Shown here one piece after another: positions 25,760 through 42,192 of a stretch of 64,000 nt of DNA. The notes under the pieces are model-generated. The model had not been told where the DNA came from and made no database searches. It worked only from the letters and a program-made list of their open reading frames with translations. How positions within the stretch are numbered: position 1 is the stretch's first letter; the number at the start of each line of letters is the position of its first letter. The stretch comes from the human T2T-CHM13v2.0 reference genome, Homo sapiens: NCBI RefSeq assembly GCF_009914755.1, contig NC_060934.1; one strand, 5' to 3'. The translations under genes were made by a program, and so were the position numbers.

Positions 25760-26440
25760 AAAAAAAATGTGCTTGCTGTCAAGCACAAGAGTGTTTCTGG
25801 GATAGGGATTCTTTAAGTCTTGGTGATTTCTCTGTTTCCATAAAGCAGAGCAGTGGTGCTTGTTAGTCACCAGAACTCACACCTGCAGTCTTCTCCATTC
25901 AATCCCATTCCATCTCAGGGAGGGCAGTGGGGATTGTTCTAGTTCTCGGGTGTTCTGATTTTCTAAGTTAGTGAACGTGAAGTTCCTTGGGGGCATGGAT
26001 CCCTTTGAGAATCTGGTGAAAGTGGTCAATCTTCTTACAGAAAAATGCATACTGATGCATGCACACGATTTTACATAAGAGAGGTAGCGCATGGACCTGT
26101 GGTGTTAGTAATCTCAGAGTTTGACATGATGAGTTTACAGGACACTTCTTGGAGGCTGTAATTGCTTTTGTGAATCTATACTGAATATCAACATTAGGGT
26201 GCATGAGGGGAGGATCCTCTTTAGTCCCTGATCTCTGAGCACTGCTATTCTTGGAGATTCACAACACAATGAATTACTACTTTCTTGTGTTTTGGCTCAT
26301 TCATTCATTCATTTATTTAGCGCTTATTTAGTTTCTATATGTCAAGTTCTGTTTTAACCACTGGGGAGTCAAAGGTAGACAGTCTTCCTTGATCTTGATG
26401 ATAAACTATATAGGAATTGGAAGCCAAAAAAAAAAAAAAA

Positions 26441-26793
<353 letters not shown>

Positions 26794-27113
26794 TTAAATC
26801 CTGAAGGCAGAAGCTGAGAGGAATGGCTTCAGGTTCAGGTGCAGAGCATGTGCTGGGTGAGAACAAGCCATTCGAGACCAGGTCCTTGCCTCTGTGGGTA
26901 CTGGCTCCCTTGGTCTGTGACCCACCTCCTGGAATTGAAGAATTGTGCAGGATCAGGCAGAGTTTTCTTTGGTGCCTGGCACTTGGTTCTGGACTGAAGC
27001 TTGGCTTAAGAAGTATTTTAAGAACACTGTAGGAAACCATTCAGAACCTTCCACCACCCCAAGGCAGCACTGCCCACTCCTGCTTTTCAGTGCCCTCTGC
27101 AGAATGCTATGGA

Positions 27114-27783
27114 AATTCCACCTGCCCATCCTGCCCCACCAAAAGCATCAGATGGCTAAGCTAGACTTGTAGCTAGGCTCAAAGTACTCACCAGTGCAAA
27201 CCAACAGAGCAGCACAGTCATGGACAGTCACCAAGAATGATGGCCACTTTGGTGACATCCCATAGATGTTATATGCAAGGAGCAGGAGCACACAGAGTCC
27301 TCACCTTGGGATTTTAGGATTTGACTCATCAGTTGTGATCTGTTTCGCCAAAGGAGGAGGATGTGAGGCAGCTGGGGGTGGGATTGGGGAGGATAATCAT
27401 ATTCTTGGCTCATGGCTATACCTGGTAGGGGGTAAGGTTGACTTTTCTGATCCCAGTATTCTTATTGATGGGTGCTCACTGATGCTGGAGTCTCTGTTGA
27501 GGGCATAATAATAATTTTGCAGAATGATGAAGACCTTTGCAATGAATCATGTTAATGCCACAGTTACTTCTGTTAGGTCTGCATTGTTGAGCTCCATAAG
27601 GAATCATAATGAATCCACTGAAACAACTAGATATCTCCTTTATAGTTAGGACTCACATTTTAGGCAACCTGGGGAGAGCATGAGCTGGTCTGTTAGTTTG
27701 TGCTGGGGAGTACTTTGAACTTAGCTGCAAGTCCAGCCTAACCATCTGATGCTCTTGGTGGAGCAGGGTGGGCAAGTGGGATT
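27114..27783. repeat. 100-bp inverted repeat pair (27114-27213 / 27684-27783)
   Basis: Gapless 84/100 identity by manual alignment; 470-bp spacer. Confidence 0.9.
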
Positions 27784-28444
27784 TTTTTTCCAGAAAGAAT
27801 TTTTGCCTGTACAACATCATGATGTTCTCCCATGAAAAGGGACAATGATGTCCATAGCAGTTGGATTCAAAAGAAGAAATCACTTTTCCATAATTGGTAC
27901 CTTTTTCATTCCCTCTTAAAAAATACCCAGCCCGCTACCCTGGCCCCGAATCCCCAGTGAACTTCAGTGCAGGGAAACAGAAATGCAGAGAAATTACAAT
28001 TGTAACCAGGTAATGAGAGTCAGCTACAAGCAGACGGCTCTCTGCCTGTGAAAACAGGGCTTACAATTGCAGATTTTTATGACTCCATTTTCTGCTTTCA
28101 ACATAGCCTGTCGACATCTCAAATTGAGAAGCCCATCAATGTGGCCTGGGCAGCCTCCTTCCAGCTCCTGTGTCAGGAGAGATTTATTATTCTTATAGAC
28201 TCTACTTGGAGCCACTTCTTCCAGATTGGCCTAGAGAGGGAGGCTTTTATTTAATTTAATTTTGCTGAGAACTACAACTCTGCAGAGATGCATGTTCTCT
28301 CTCCTGAGGTAGGTTTCTGAGTCTAGGTGAGGAAGGTGGAGTAATTGAATCAGGCAATGGTTGAGTTGAAAGAAAACTAAAACGGAGCCAAAAGGCCATT
28401 TATTGTTGCATTGTGGGTTCTGAGGAGTAGAAAGATAACTGTAA

Positions 28445-28850
28445 TGTCTGTCAGTGGGAAACTGGTTAAATCAGTTATGGTGCATTTATAGAATGGAATA
28501 CTATGCAGCTGTGAAGAGGAATGCAAAAGATTTATTTCCCCTGATCAGGACTGATCTCCATCAGTCCTTAATGTAAAAGAAGGAAAAAAAATACGGTGCA
28601 GTATATATAGTATGAATCCACTTGCATAAAAGTGATGTGTAAATACATACTTTGCATCTACAAGGATGATCTCTGGGAGAGTTCATAAGAAACCTGTAAT
28701 CCTGTTTGCCACTAAGGAAGCTGTTGTTGAGGGAAAGGGGAGCCAGAAAAGCTTTTCATAGAAAACCCTTTAGTGCTTCTGGATTTGTGTTTTGTTTTCT
28801 ATTATGTGTTTGTATTACTTTCTCAAATCACTTAATGTTAAAAATGAATT
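28445..28850 (+). mobile_element. Old L1M (ME/MC-type) 3' fragment
   Basis: actggttaaatcagttatggtgcatttatagaatggaatactatgcagctgt. Confidence 0.65.
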
Positions 28851-31800
28851 TCAGATCTAATAGTGGCTAGCAAGGCTTGCTTTTGGAAAGATGAGCAAAT
28901 TGTGGTTTGAATGTGAGTAACTGAAGCTACCCAGAAATGAAAAGTGTCTCCAGGAACTCTCATTATTATGTGGGATTTATCACTGCTAATGATAAGTAAG
29001 AACTAGAACCTGTCGGCTGAGGTACAGTTTTACCTTCATTTATGGGGATGAATTGAGTACATTATGGGCCACATAAATTGCATTTACACCACACCGATTT
29101 GTTATGTGCCATCTGTTAGAAGCTGGAACTTCCCTCCTAATGACATCTTTGTCTTCCCCCACCTGGGCTCCTAGCTTCCTCTTCCAGTGGCTGGTTATTC
29201 TTCAGCAGGGTGAGGGGGGCAGGAGTCAAAGAGATAATCTCTGTGTGTGGAATGGCCAAGTGGGAGCAAGTGAGAAGTGGTGAGGCCTTTGATGACTAGT
29301 GTGGTGTGTCCCTTTTGAAAACAGTCAAATTCAGCTTAAAAAAATACCTGCAGTTCATACCTTGTTCAAGGTCCAGGCTTCTAAATGCCTTTCTTGAACA
29401 TTTCCAAGAGGTCCTGTCCTCCTTCTGTAATGCCCAGCCTTGGGCATCTGATAGGTGCCTTGTGAGTCAGAAAGCACTCTCCTGGGCATTGGTGCTGGGA
29501 GTCTATGGGAGGAAAATTGACCGGATAGCCAGAGGCAGCTCAGCTATTTGCGTCTGAGTGCATTTAGCCTCAAGGTCCTTAAAAGGCATCTTGTCTCCTG
29601 TTTTGGACATCAGATTCCTGGAGGGCAGGGATTTATTCATCTCTCCACTCAGGGCAGAGGTTAACACATCTCTCCCTGGGCTTTTCTTGGAAAACCCAAG
29701 TCAGGCAGGGTGTTACTGGGTTCTAACATTACAACTGGGAGACCCTCTTCTCAGGACGTAGTTCTCTGACAGGAAATGTAAAAACTACAATTGCTAAGAA
29801 AAGTAAATGAATGGATGAATTCAAAAATAAATGAATGGATGCAATGGATGCACAATGTTTAGTCAGAAAAAAAACTTGATATGCATTCAGTGAAAAATTG
29901 TTGTTCTTTGAAAGTGTAGCTGTATGTGGGGATGGGCTCTGTCTGTCCTACTTCCAAACCCTCTGCCACCACCCACCCTCACATAAAGAACCTCTGGCTG
30001 TGTGATCCTGGGGGCACTGTTTCCCCTGCCTGGTTTTTCTGGCTGGCTGGGATGTTGGCTGTCCCAGTGTGCAACTTTGTTGGATAATTCAGGACTTTCT
30101 CTTCCTCAGCCTGTCTTTTCTTAATGGTGTGGAATGACTCAGGATTCTGTGCCAATGCCTCCATAACTCTTCTCAGTAACTAACCTATACAGGGGTGTCT
30201 TCCCCAGGACAAAAGCAGGAGAGCCTGTCCAGGATCTATAACTGTTTCTTTCCCCATGCAGAAGCACCAAGGTGCAGACCATATCTAAAAGCCACCACAG
30301 TACTAAGTAACATGATGCAGCAGACCCTGGTTCCTATAAATTACTGAAAACAGTGCTGAAAAGATAATGTAAGGTGCATAAATTCAAGTATTTAGCCAGA
30401 AGCGCATTAACTTAGGGCAGACAAAAAGAAAGGAAGAACATTAACAAACCACTTCCTGGTAAGAGTTTTCAGTAGATGGAGAAGTAAGAGAAGAGGGGAA
30501 ACAAAAAGTCAGCCATATTGGAAAGGTGGTTAGAGAAAAGGAAGAAAAAGTGTAGAGATCCTTTTCCAGATGGTGGCAGAAAACCTTCTGGTCCTGAGTT
30601 GGAGCTCCCAGGTGGATTGATTACCATTGGAAGGTCCCATCTCTGCAGTTTAGCAGTTTTCTCATCTAGTGGCTCAAATATCACCTTTTCCCTGAAGTCT
30701 TCTCCAATGCTCCGGATGAAAACAAATCTCTCTCCAAGATTTATTCTGTTGCATTGTTTGTCTCTTAGTGCTGACTTTCTATTCTGGTGATGATTATTTG
30801 TGTCCATGTTTTTTTTCCCCCTAAAAATGTATAAGCTCTCTGAAGGCAGAGATTGTGAGTTGGTGATTGACAATTCAGCAGCTATTCTACTGTTTAGTAT
30901 ATGCCAAGCTCAGTGCTAAAGGGACATAATGAAATGAGCAAAACATGGTCTCAACGCTAATGACATTTACCTTTAGCAGAATTGAGTACAGTTCTTTGCA
31001 TAGTATATGAGCAATCACTATTGAATGAAGCTGGCTCAACCCTCTCTTCTTTGTTTTAAGGATGAAGAAATTGAGGTCCATGACTACTTGAACTTTATAA
31101 GATAACACTCCTGCTTTGCATAAGGACTAAAACTGGCAACACTTTTTTTTCTCTCTCTATTTGATAGTCTACAAGCAGCATCATTCCCTTGGCCAGTTGT
31201 TTCACAGATGAATAAGTGGGGCTGGGAGAACCTGGAGGTAGCCTTAATCCCATAGTTGGGAATGCAACTTCCAGGGTTCACTGAGAGCTAAAGAAAGAAC
31301 GTGAAAGAATGATCAAAGCAAGGCCAGTGGGGGTGTGTATGTCTGAGAAAGGCTAGAAAAGCCGAGGAGGGGGCCTGTGGTGGAATGGGAGGCTAGATCT
31401 TGGGGCAGGCTGACCCTGGGCTCAGATGGCTGGAGGTGCTATGGATTCAGAGCCCTGTAAACAAACATATCAGTTGAAACTTAGCTTAAGTCAGTCCTTT
31501 GTTGAACTCGACAAACAGCCTTTCCTTTTCCTGGTTGCTGTGCAGGTTGGTTAGAGCTGGAAGATAACTTAGGAAGCTGTCGGGTTCAGCCTTTATGCAA
31601 GTAAGATATTGCCTGTGTTTAACAGATGACTTAAAAGAGGCTCGGTGAGGTTCAAGGATCTAAGACCACTCAGGAGAGCTCTCTAGTTGATGGCAGCCCA
31701 GTGGTGATGAGTGGAGTGTAAACTTATAAACCATTGTGAACATTCTTTCTGATTAAATTTCAGCAGAATCAGGCTATGTATTCAAGTGAAGCTCAGGCTC

Positions 31801-32968
31801 TGCAGGGACTAAGGATGCCTTTAGCCCTCAGCTTGGAGCGTGGGAATGCTGATGTCTGACACCTTTTCACTTTGGCTGCAGTGTGGATGACTGAGGATGA
31901 CTTAAGGTGCCTGTGCTTCTCTGAGATGGTCTAGAGCTGGAGCAGCCACAGGCACACAGAATCATGGGGCCTGTCTCCTCAGTGCTTCTCCATTCATAAG
32001 CAGATTAGTTATGAATGAAGAGGGTTCATTCTCAACAGAAAAATTAGTTCTTCTGTTGACCCCTAAGGATCATCTAGGGTTCTCTGCAACTCTGGGAAAT
32101 TGGGAGCTCATTTTAATTGGGAATCTTTAGATAGGGTGGTCATAGCTGATATTTATGTTTTATGTACCTCTTTTTTTTCCCCTAACAAAGTCAGTAGTTA
32201 AAAATCTTTTGCCAAGATCAGAGTTGTTATATTTCTATTTTGGAAAAAAATTAGAAAGAAAAGAAGGGGTTAGATTGGAGGCATAAGTATAGAGGGAAGC
32301 CTGGGCCAGTGTCTACCTTCTTTGCAAGAGAAACTCATGTTTTTGGGGTGGTTCTGGTCTGAATTCAAAACTCAGGGCCTGGGAAAGACAGTTATCTGAC
32401 AAACTCCTACAACACCATGCATCTCTATCCTGGTAGATGTCTCTGGGCAGTAGGGCTTGGTAGGGAGATGGTGGAAGATCTGTAGTAGGGCTTCCACACT
32501 AACCTGGCTCACTGCTGCCTATTTGTCCAGTGCAGCTTTGAGGCCATTTACAGTCTCATTCTTCAGAACCACATTGTTGGTCCCTCTTTGAGGCCGTATC
32601 CCATTCTGCTTTGCTTCACTAGCTAAGCATGTTAATGACTTTGTAAGACCATTTGGTCCTTCAAGGCAATGAGTGTTTTATTCCCCTTGGATTGCTCATA
32701 GCGCTTGCACTATTTCTGGCAGTTAGAAGAAATGCAATGAACATTTATCCTTATGGTCTTTGGAACATTTCCTGCTTCGGGAAGTAAAATTTTAAGTATT
32801 CTTGGTATCAAGGTGGCTAAAATTCTTCTACTTTACTATCATTATTTTCTTTGAAAGATTTTTTGAAAGAAGCCTCTTTCATAAAACTTATGACTTGGAT
32901 TTACGTGGGTTTACTTTCTCTAACTTCCTACATTTTTGTAGGTTGTATATCAAACTTATTTTTTTTCA

Positions 32969-33036
32969 CATTCTTCCTCCCCAGGAAGACTGTGGGAGTC
33001 TCATTCTTCCTCCCCAGGAAGACTCCTTGAGTCTCA
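32969..33036 (+). repeat. 33-bp tandem duplication
   Basis: cattcttcctccccaggaagact at 32969 and 33002, each followed by gagtctca. Confidence 0.85.
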
Positions 33037-33549
33037 CACAATGTCTGTGTTCTTACTTTAAGATTAAGTTATTTTGGGGTCATGGATTTCCCAAGTTTAT
33101 CCCTTGATAAGTGGTCTCACTGCACCAATATTATGGTTGGGCAAAGAAGGAGAGGAGCCTTGGAATGTGAATCAGGCAAGTATGATTCCCATTTTCATCA
33201 TCACAACAAACCTGGGATAAGCATTGTTATCTCAATTTTTGAGAAAAAGAGATTCTTGTCACTTTAAAATTGAGTCATTTTGAATGTCAGATAACACAAC
33301 CCGATCTCAGAGGTGATTATTTTTTTTTCACTTAGAGTAGCAGAATAGGAAGTTGAACTCTGTAAAATACACAGACTCTACAATTAGGGTAATTAAAATA
33401 ATGAGTCTGTATTCTTCCTTTTGCCCAAGGTCATACAGCCAGTAACCCGTGAACCTATAATTCAATCCCAGGTCTGCTGGATTAAAATACTTCTAGTTTT
33501 TTATGGTTGAAAGAAAATAATAGAATTTATGCATTGTGCGTGACTATTG

Positions 33550-34200
33550 AAAGCTTGTTGGGGAGCTAAAATGAAATTTGACAATATGTGTCTTAATAGG
33601 GTGACATTGGTAGGATGTTGGGGAGGGTGGGTGCTGTGAGAAGGAAAGAATAAGTTGAGGTCTGTGGTATTACAATATTCCAGGAAGAAGATTATGGAAA
33701 TCTGGACTGAAGTTGTGGGAATACAGGGGATGGGATTGTTAGGACTTAGCAATGATTGAATGAGTTGGCAAACAATGAGGTCAGTAATATGGCTTTTAGT
33801 ATTTTTCTCTACATGCTGGGAAGCACAGTGACACCATGAACCAGGACAGTGACACAGACAGAGCAGCAAGTGTATTATTTAGCAAGCTGAAAGGAAGAAG
33901 AATGAGTATAATTTTGACATATGATTGAAGTATACCTGTAGTTCTAAAGGTTGGTGTCTTCCAGGAGGCAAATGGATTTATAGGTCTGAAGGTGAAGAAG
34001 GACATCTGGATGGCAGGTGGAAATTGTGGATCTACTAGCATTTAGGTGGCAATGAAACCGTCAGAGTCAACAAAATTTCTCAGGAATGGAATGGGGTGGG
34101 AGGCTAAAATGGAATTTCGGGAATGACCAAAATTTAAGAGGCAGAGTGTGGCAGGTCAGTGATGGCAAAGCTGAGAAGAGGCCAGCAGATTTTTAGGAGA
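33550..34200 (-). mobile_element. L2 LINE remnant
   Basis: gtattacaatattccaggaagaag, ttggcaaacaatgagg, gatttataggtctgaag resemble antisense L2. Confidence 0.6.
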
Positions 34201-34753
34201 ATAGGGACTGGCCTTTCTCTCATCTCAGTTTTCATGGCAGAGGAAGGTCGCAGGCGGCTGCTGTTGTCTTTGGTGGCTTCCTCTGAAGAGTTTCTAAGAT
34301 CTCCCCAACAGGGTCATTCATCTTTGAATTTCTGGAGCAGTCACGATTCCAAATACTTTGTACTATTGTCAGACTCTATACCCGTATTTTTGTCAGGCCT
34401 CGTGTCCAGGTTTTTGGTTTGGAAAATATGGCATGTGTGTCACTCTTCAGCTCTCTGGAATGAAGAATGAGATACTCCCCAGTGAGCCTGTTTTCCTTCA
34501 AGAGTTGATGGCTGGGGCTTTTTCTATTATGAAGCCAAAGTGATGAAGAGCCAAGTGGCCGCTGTGGATGGGAAAGACAAACAGCAATACAGGGAGTGCT
34601 GGGGCCCAGAGCAGATGCCTGTGGAATGGAGCAGAGAGTGTTTCAGGATCCCAGAGGAAGAAGAGCTACAGTAATCCAGGGGAAATGGACCAGAAGAGCC
34701 TCCATCAGAAGGATTTAAACAGACAATCAAGGAGGGATATCAAGGTAGATAGG

Positions 34754-34786
<33 letters not shown>

Positions 34787-34787
34787 G

Positions 34788-34823
<36 letters not shown>
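34754..34823. repeat. (TG)n(GA)n compound microsatellite
   Basis: Seen directly in the sequence. Confidence 0.95.
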
Positions 34824-34826
<3 letters not shown>

Positions 34827-35139
34827 TATTATCCAGCATAGTAGAAAAGGAAGAGATTTAGAAGGTTACTTCAGTGGAAACATATAGCATATGCCTTCTC
34901 ACAGGTTTTGCTGCCACAGCAAAGAGACTTCTTTGGTAGCAAGATTTAGGAGGAAGCACATCAGAAACAAATTCCTTGGCGTAAACACCCTTTCCCTCGG
35001 GATAGTGTAGCCCAACACTCACTTAAAGCTTGTAGAGGAGGAGTAGCCTGCTTTCCTCTACCCTAAGAAAAGCCATAGATGGTCTCAGTGTGGTAAATGG
35101 AGATGAGTAAGAACCAGCACAATAGGAGCTGGTCTCTTT

Positions 35140-35873
35140 AGCATTCTATTCTTAGGTATATCAGACCCAGTTTCCCGTTTTTATAACAAATATTTTGAAA
35201 CACTCACTTGACAATACTGAAATGACATTCAAAGACAATGTAACTTTCCTACACACACAATTAAAATCAGCATAATGCCCTAACTATAATATGAAGCAGA
35301 AATAAAAGGGGAGTAATTTATAACAAAATAGTATACATTTCAATAAATACTCGGGTATGGCTACACTTGAAGATATAACGAAGTCATCAGATGGTTCCTC
35401 CTATATATAGAATCACCATGAATAAGAGCTATAAAGGCAGACTGATCGATCAGATGTGTGCTATTGGCAGTTCAAACACTATGAATGGCATTTACATTTA
35501 TTATGTAATTTAAAAAAATGGTGAATAGTTTTTTGTAAAGTTCTTCATAGAATAAGTCAATCTTCCTTTAATCTACATAGTATTTGTATTCCTAGAAAAT
35601 TCAGTCCATTAACACTATACAAAAATATTTTTTGCTTTATATGTAAAATGAATTTAGGTCATAGGCTTGGTTCATGACAAACAGGTTCTTCCCTACAAGA
35701 ATGTATTGTGGGATATTTTCAAGCTGTGTGGAATGTCAGACAATTTTTCATGGTACAACATGGTGTAGAATGATCGGCATTCCTGCCTTGTCACTAAATC
35801 CGGTATTTCAGCACCCTGTCAGATTTTTCACATGCCCCCTAAGGGGCAGTAGCTTTCTTGTTGATAACCGCTA
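35140..35873. mobile_element. MER20B-like hAT element
   Basis: tcagaccca...tttttataacaaatatttt, ataatgccctaact, gtaatttataacaaaata match recalled MER20B. Confidence 0.75.
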
Positions 35874-36418
35874 AGTTGGAGTTGGTGGTGGCCAGAAGAG
35901 ACCAGAGATGATGGGAGCTGAAGAGCTGCAGTTATCCTCTATGATCAATTCTTGGTACCCTATCAGGGAGCTATCCTGGTGCTGGTTAGACTTTGGTACA
36001 ATCTAATTTGATTCCCACTGACTTGACCAATTCCATGTTCCACCTGCAACCAAGATTCTTTGATCTTGGCTTTCTGATCTAAAACTCTAGTTACCAACTT
36101 TAGCCTTCTCCATACTGTGAGTCATATGCCCCCTAGCAGAGCGCTTTGCCCTGCTTTGGACCCAGGAACCTTCCTGAGCTGTCATGTGTCTTTGGCTGCA
36201 CCTTCATGTTGGGATCAAAAGGAGAAAAGGATCATGACTTCTAAGTAACTTCATATGAAAGTCCTCAAAGAGGGATTGCATGAGTTGTCTCCCAGACGAG
36301 TAGAGCACAGTTGTGTTCTCACATTTGGGTTTAATAGGTAGGGCCTGGGAGTTCCATAGTTTGTTCCGGATTTGTGAAAGCCTGTCCATGCTTTACATTC
36401 TGTAGCTAGAACGCTAAG

Positions 36419-36913
36419 TGGTATTTTCCAGAGTGTAAGAATTGTTCATCTAGAACATGGATATGATAATAAATAGCACTGGCTCATTTGATGAGCAAAT
36501 TCATCTTTTTTCAGTTTGCTTTTAATCCCTTTAGGATATCAAGGAGAAAATTTGAGTTTAGGGTAGAGTGTCTTTAACACATTCCTAAGTTGATAATCTC
36601 CATTTTTTTTTTTTTTCCAGAAAGAAAAGAGCAGACTTCAGGCTCAGAGTCCATAGCAGGGAGCAGTATTGACTAGACCTTAATGGCTTCATTTCCCTGC
36701 TTCACAATTATTTTTATGATTACTCTGCATTTATGGCAGGTGATACTGTTTTTCCATTTTGTTGGAAATATACAGTTTTCTTTTAAAGTCAATTAATTAT
36801 AGTTAAAAAAGAATAGCCAATTTAAATAAGTACATCAAATTTAGTATACATGTTACATAAATGTAGCTTGTGAAGAAGGTGGCACATGAATAATTTAAGT
36901 TTTGGAAACATTG
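36419..36913. mobile_element. MER113-like hAT-Charlie element
   Basis: atttatggcaggtgatactgtttttccattt; ends aagttttggaaacattg. Confidence 0.65.
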
Positions 36914-38207
36914 CCATTTTGTATCATTCAAGAGGCAGGTTCCTGGGTGTAAAACAAGTTCTGGGGCAGAGGCAGACCACACTTTCAGGGTATTGGCTGG
37001 TTGTCAGTTCATTAAATTATTAGTTTTTTGCACAGACACACTCCAGACTATTTACTATTCTTGTTGAAGTCTTTGTCCCTGGATAGGAAAGCGGCATGTA
37101 AATGCCTCATATAATCAGTGATGGATGGCCCTTGCCTGTCAGTCTCTGACACTTTGAGTGTTCAGTAATTTCATTATCTACCCATTTCTCTACTCTTTGC
37201 AGCCTAGCACGTACAACAAGGTGGCATTCATCCCTAATGACATGGGATGAGCCAGGATTCTCAAGAATCATTCTGCTTTTAAGAAGGATGAAATTCCTTG
37301 AAAGATGACATTTCCCATTTTTTTCCTCCTTGGTTTAGAACAATGCAAGACTCGGGGCTAAGAATATTTGCAGTTTTAAAAATTGACAGAAAAGAATAAT
37401 TAGCCTAGGTAAGAGGTCTATAAAATGAAACATTTAGTGACTAATGATAGTACTTGAGGTAAATGTTTGTTAAATCAAAATGGAGTAAGTATTTTTTCCA
37501 AATACGGTTTTTACAACGAGCTTTGATATGGCTTGGATGCCCACCAAATAAATAAATAGGAGCCACATTTGCCATTGGTTTGATGAAGCCAAGCTGTTTG
37601 CTCAGCCAACCTTGGCCAGTTTTGCTGCTTGGAGAGTAGCAAAACCTTGAATCTGAATCAAGGCTGATTTTTTTTTTTTTAAAAGAGACAGTTCATAAAT
37701 GTGCTTGATACTTACAATATTGTTTGTAATTGTTTGACTACTATGTGCCTCACACATTTATTTCATCTAATCTTTAGAGCAATGTCTAAGGTAGCTTTGG
37801 AGAAGTTAAGTAAACTGCCTAAAGTCACACAGTAGGTAAGGTGGGACCAGGCTTTGAATTTCACATCTCAAGACTGATCTCTATATATCCAAAGTCCATG
37901 CTTAGCTAACTTTTTCTTGAAAAATCCATCTAGCCTGAGTTGAAATATTGTCCCCCTCCCTTTTAATTGCAAGACACTTCCAAAGATAAGAATCTTGGGA
38001 GATTAGAGAAAAAAAGTATCTTGGGTGCTGAAAACAAAACAAAATAAAGAAAAACACATACTCACATGCAGTTTTCTGGGTCCCAGCTCAGAGCTACTGA
38101 ATTAGCATTTTTGAGAGTGAGGCCTCATCATAAGTCTAACAAGCCCAGAAGTGTTGTTAGTCATCAGGGAAGGTTGGGAGATGGTGCATAATCCCATAAG
38201 GTAATTT

Positions 38208-38504
38208 CAGGGGTGATTTTCAAAATATTTAATAACTAGTAAGGACTCAGGCACTCATCAATTAGAAAGGGCTCTGGCTGTAGCTGGAGCAGGTCCTGAG
38301 ACTCTCTCAGTGCCAAGCCTTAGCTCCTTTGATACAGGATATTAGGAAAGCTGGGAGCTCTAAGGTACAGGTCTGGGGTGCCTGGGTGGTGGTAGGATAC
38401 ATGCAGAACTTGGAGCAATGGCTTGTTACCAGTGAGCCTTGGAGCATGTCAGTATCTTAACTCATGTGGCCGTATAAGTGAGTACCAGTTGACTATCAGT
38501 CCTG
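38208..38504. mobile_element. hAT-Tip100 MITE (ORSL-like)
   Basis: Imperfect TIRs caggggtgattttcaa / ttgactatcagtcctg; caaaatatttaataac. Confidence 0.55.
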
Positions 38505-38587
38505 GTAACATTCATGTAAGAAACTGGAAGCTGGTGTGAAGGGTGGGTTTTTTTTCTTCTATAAACCCCATATTTCTCAAAGCCTCA

Positions 38588-40423
<1,836 letters not shown>

Positions 40424-40626
40424 ACAATGAGATCACATGGACACAGGAAGGGGAATATCACACTCTGGGGACTGTGGTGGGGTCGGGGGAGGGGGGAGGG
40501 ATAGCATTGGGAGATATACCTAATGCTAGATGACACATTAGTGGGTGCAGCGCACCAGCATGGCACATGTATACATATGTAACTAACCTGCACAATGTGC
40601 ACATGTACCCTAAAACTTAGAGTATA

Positions 40627-40684
<58 letters not shown>

Positions 40685-40883
40685 ATTGTGACAATCCAAA
40701 AGAATAACAGCACTAAATGCTGATGAAGATATGGAGCAACAGGACCTCTTATTTGTTGCTGGTGGGAATGCAAAATGGCATAGCCACCTTGGAAAACAGT
40801 TTGGTAGTTTCTTACAAAACTAAGTATCCACTCACCATATAATCTAGTGCTCATGCTCCTTGGTATTTACCCAAACACATTGA

Positions 40884-42192
<1,309 letters not shown>

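Noticed and set aside
25094-25870. Several ORFs over the SVA
   Set aside because: SVA is non-coding; these are VNTR/SINE-R read-throughs.
27524-27621. ATGATGA...CTGA inside the inverted-repeat spacer
   Set aside because: No terminal stem or recognisable guide; such short motifs arise by chance. A snoscan/Infernal hit would revive it.
36603-36625. Strong-looking + strand splice acceptor (T-run then CCAG)
   Set aside because: Inside the MER113-like element, with no matching donor or ORF support.
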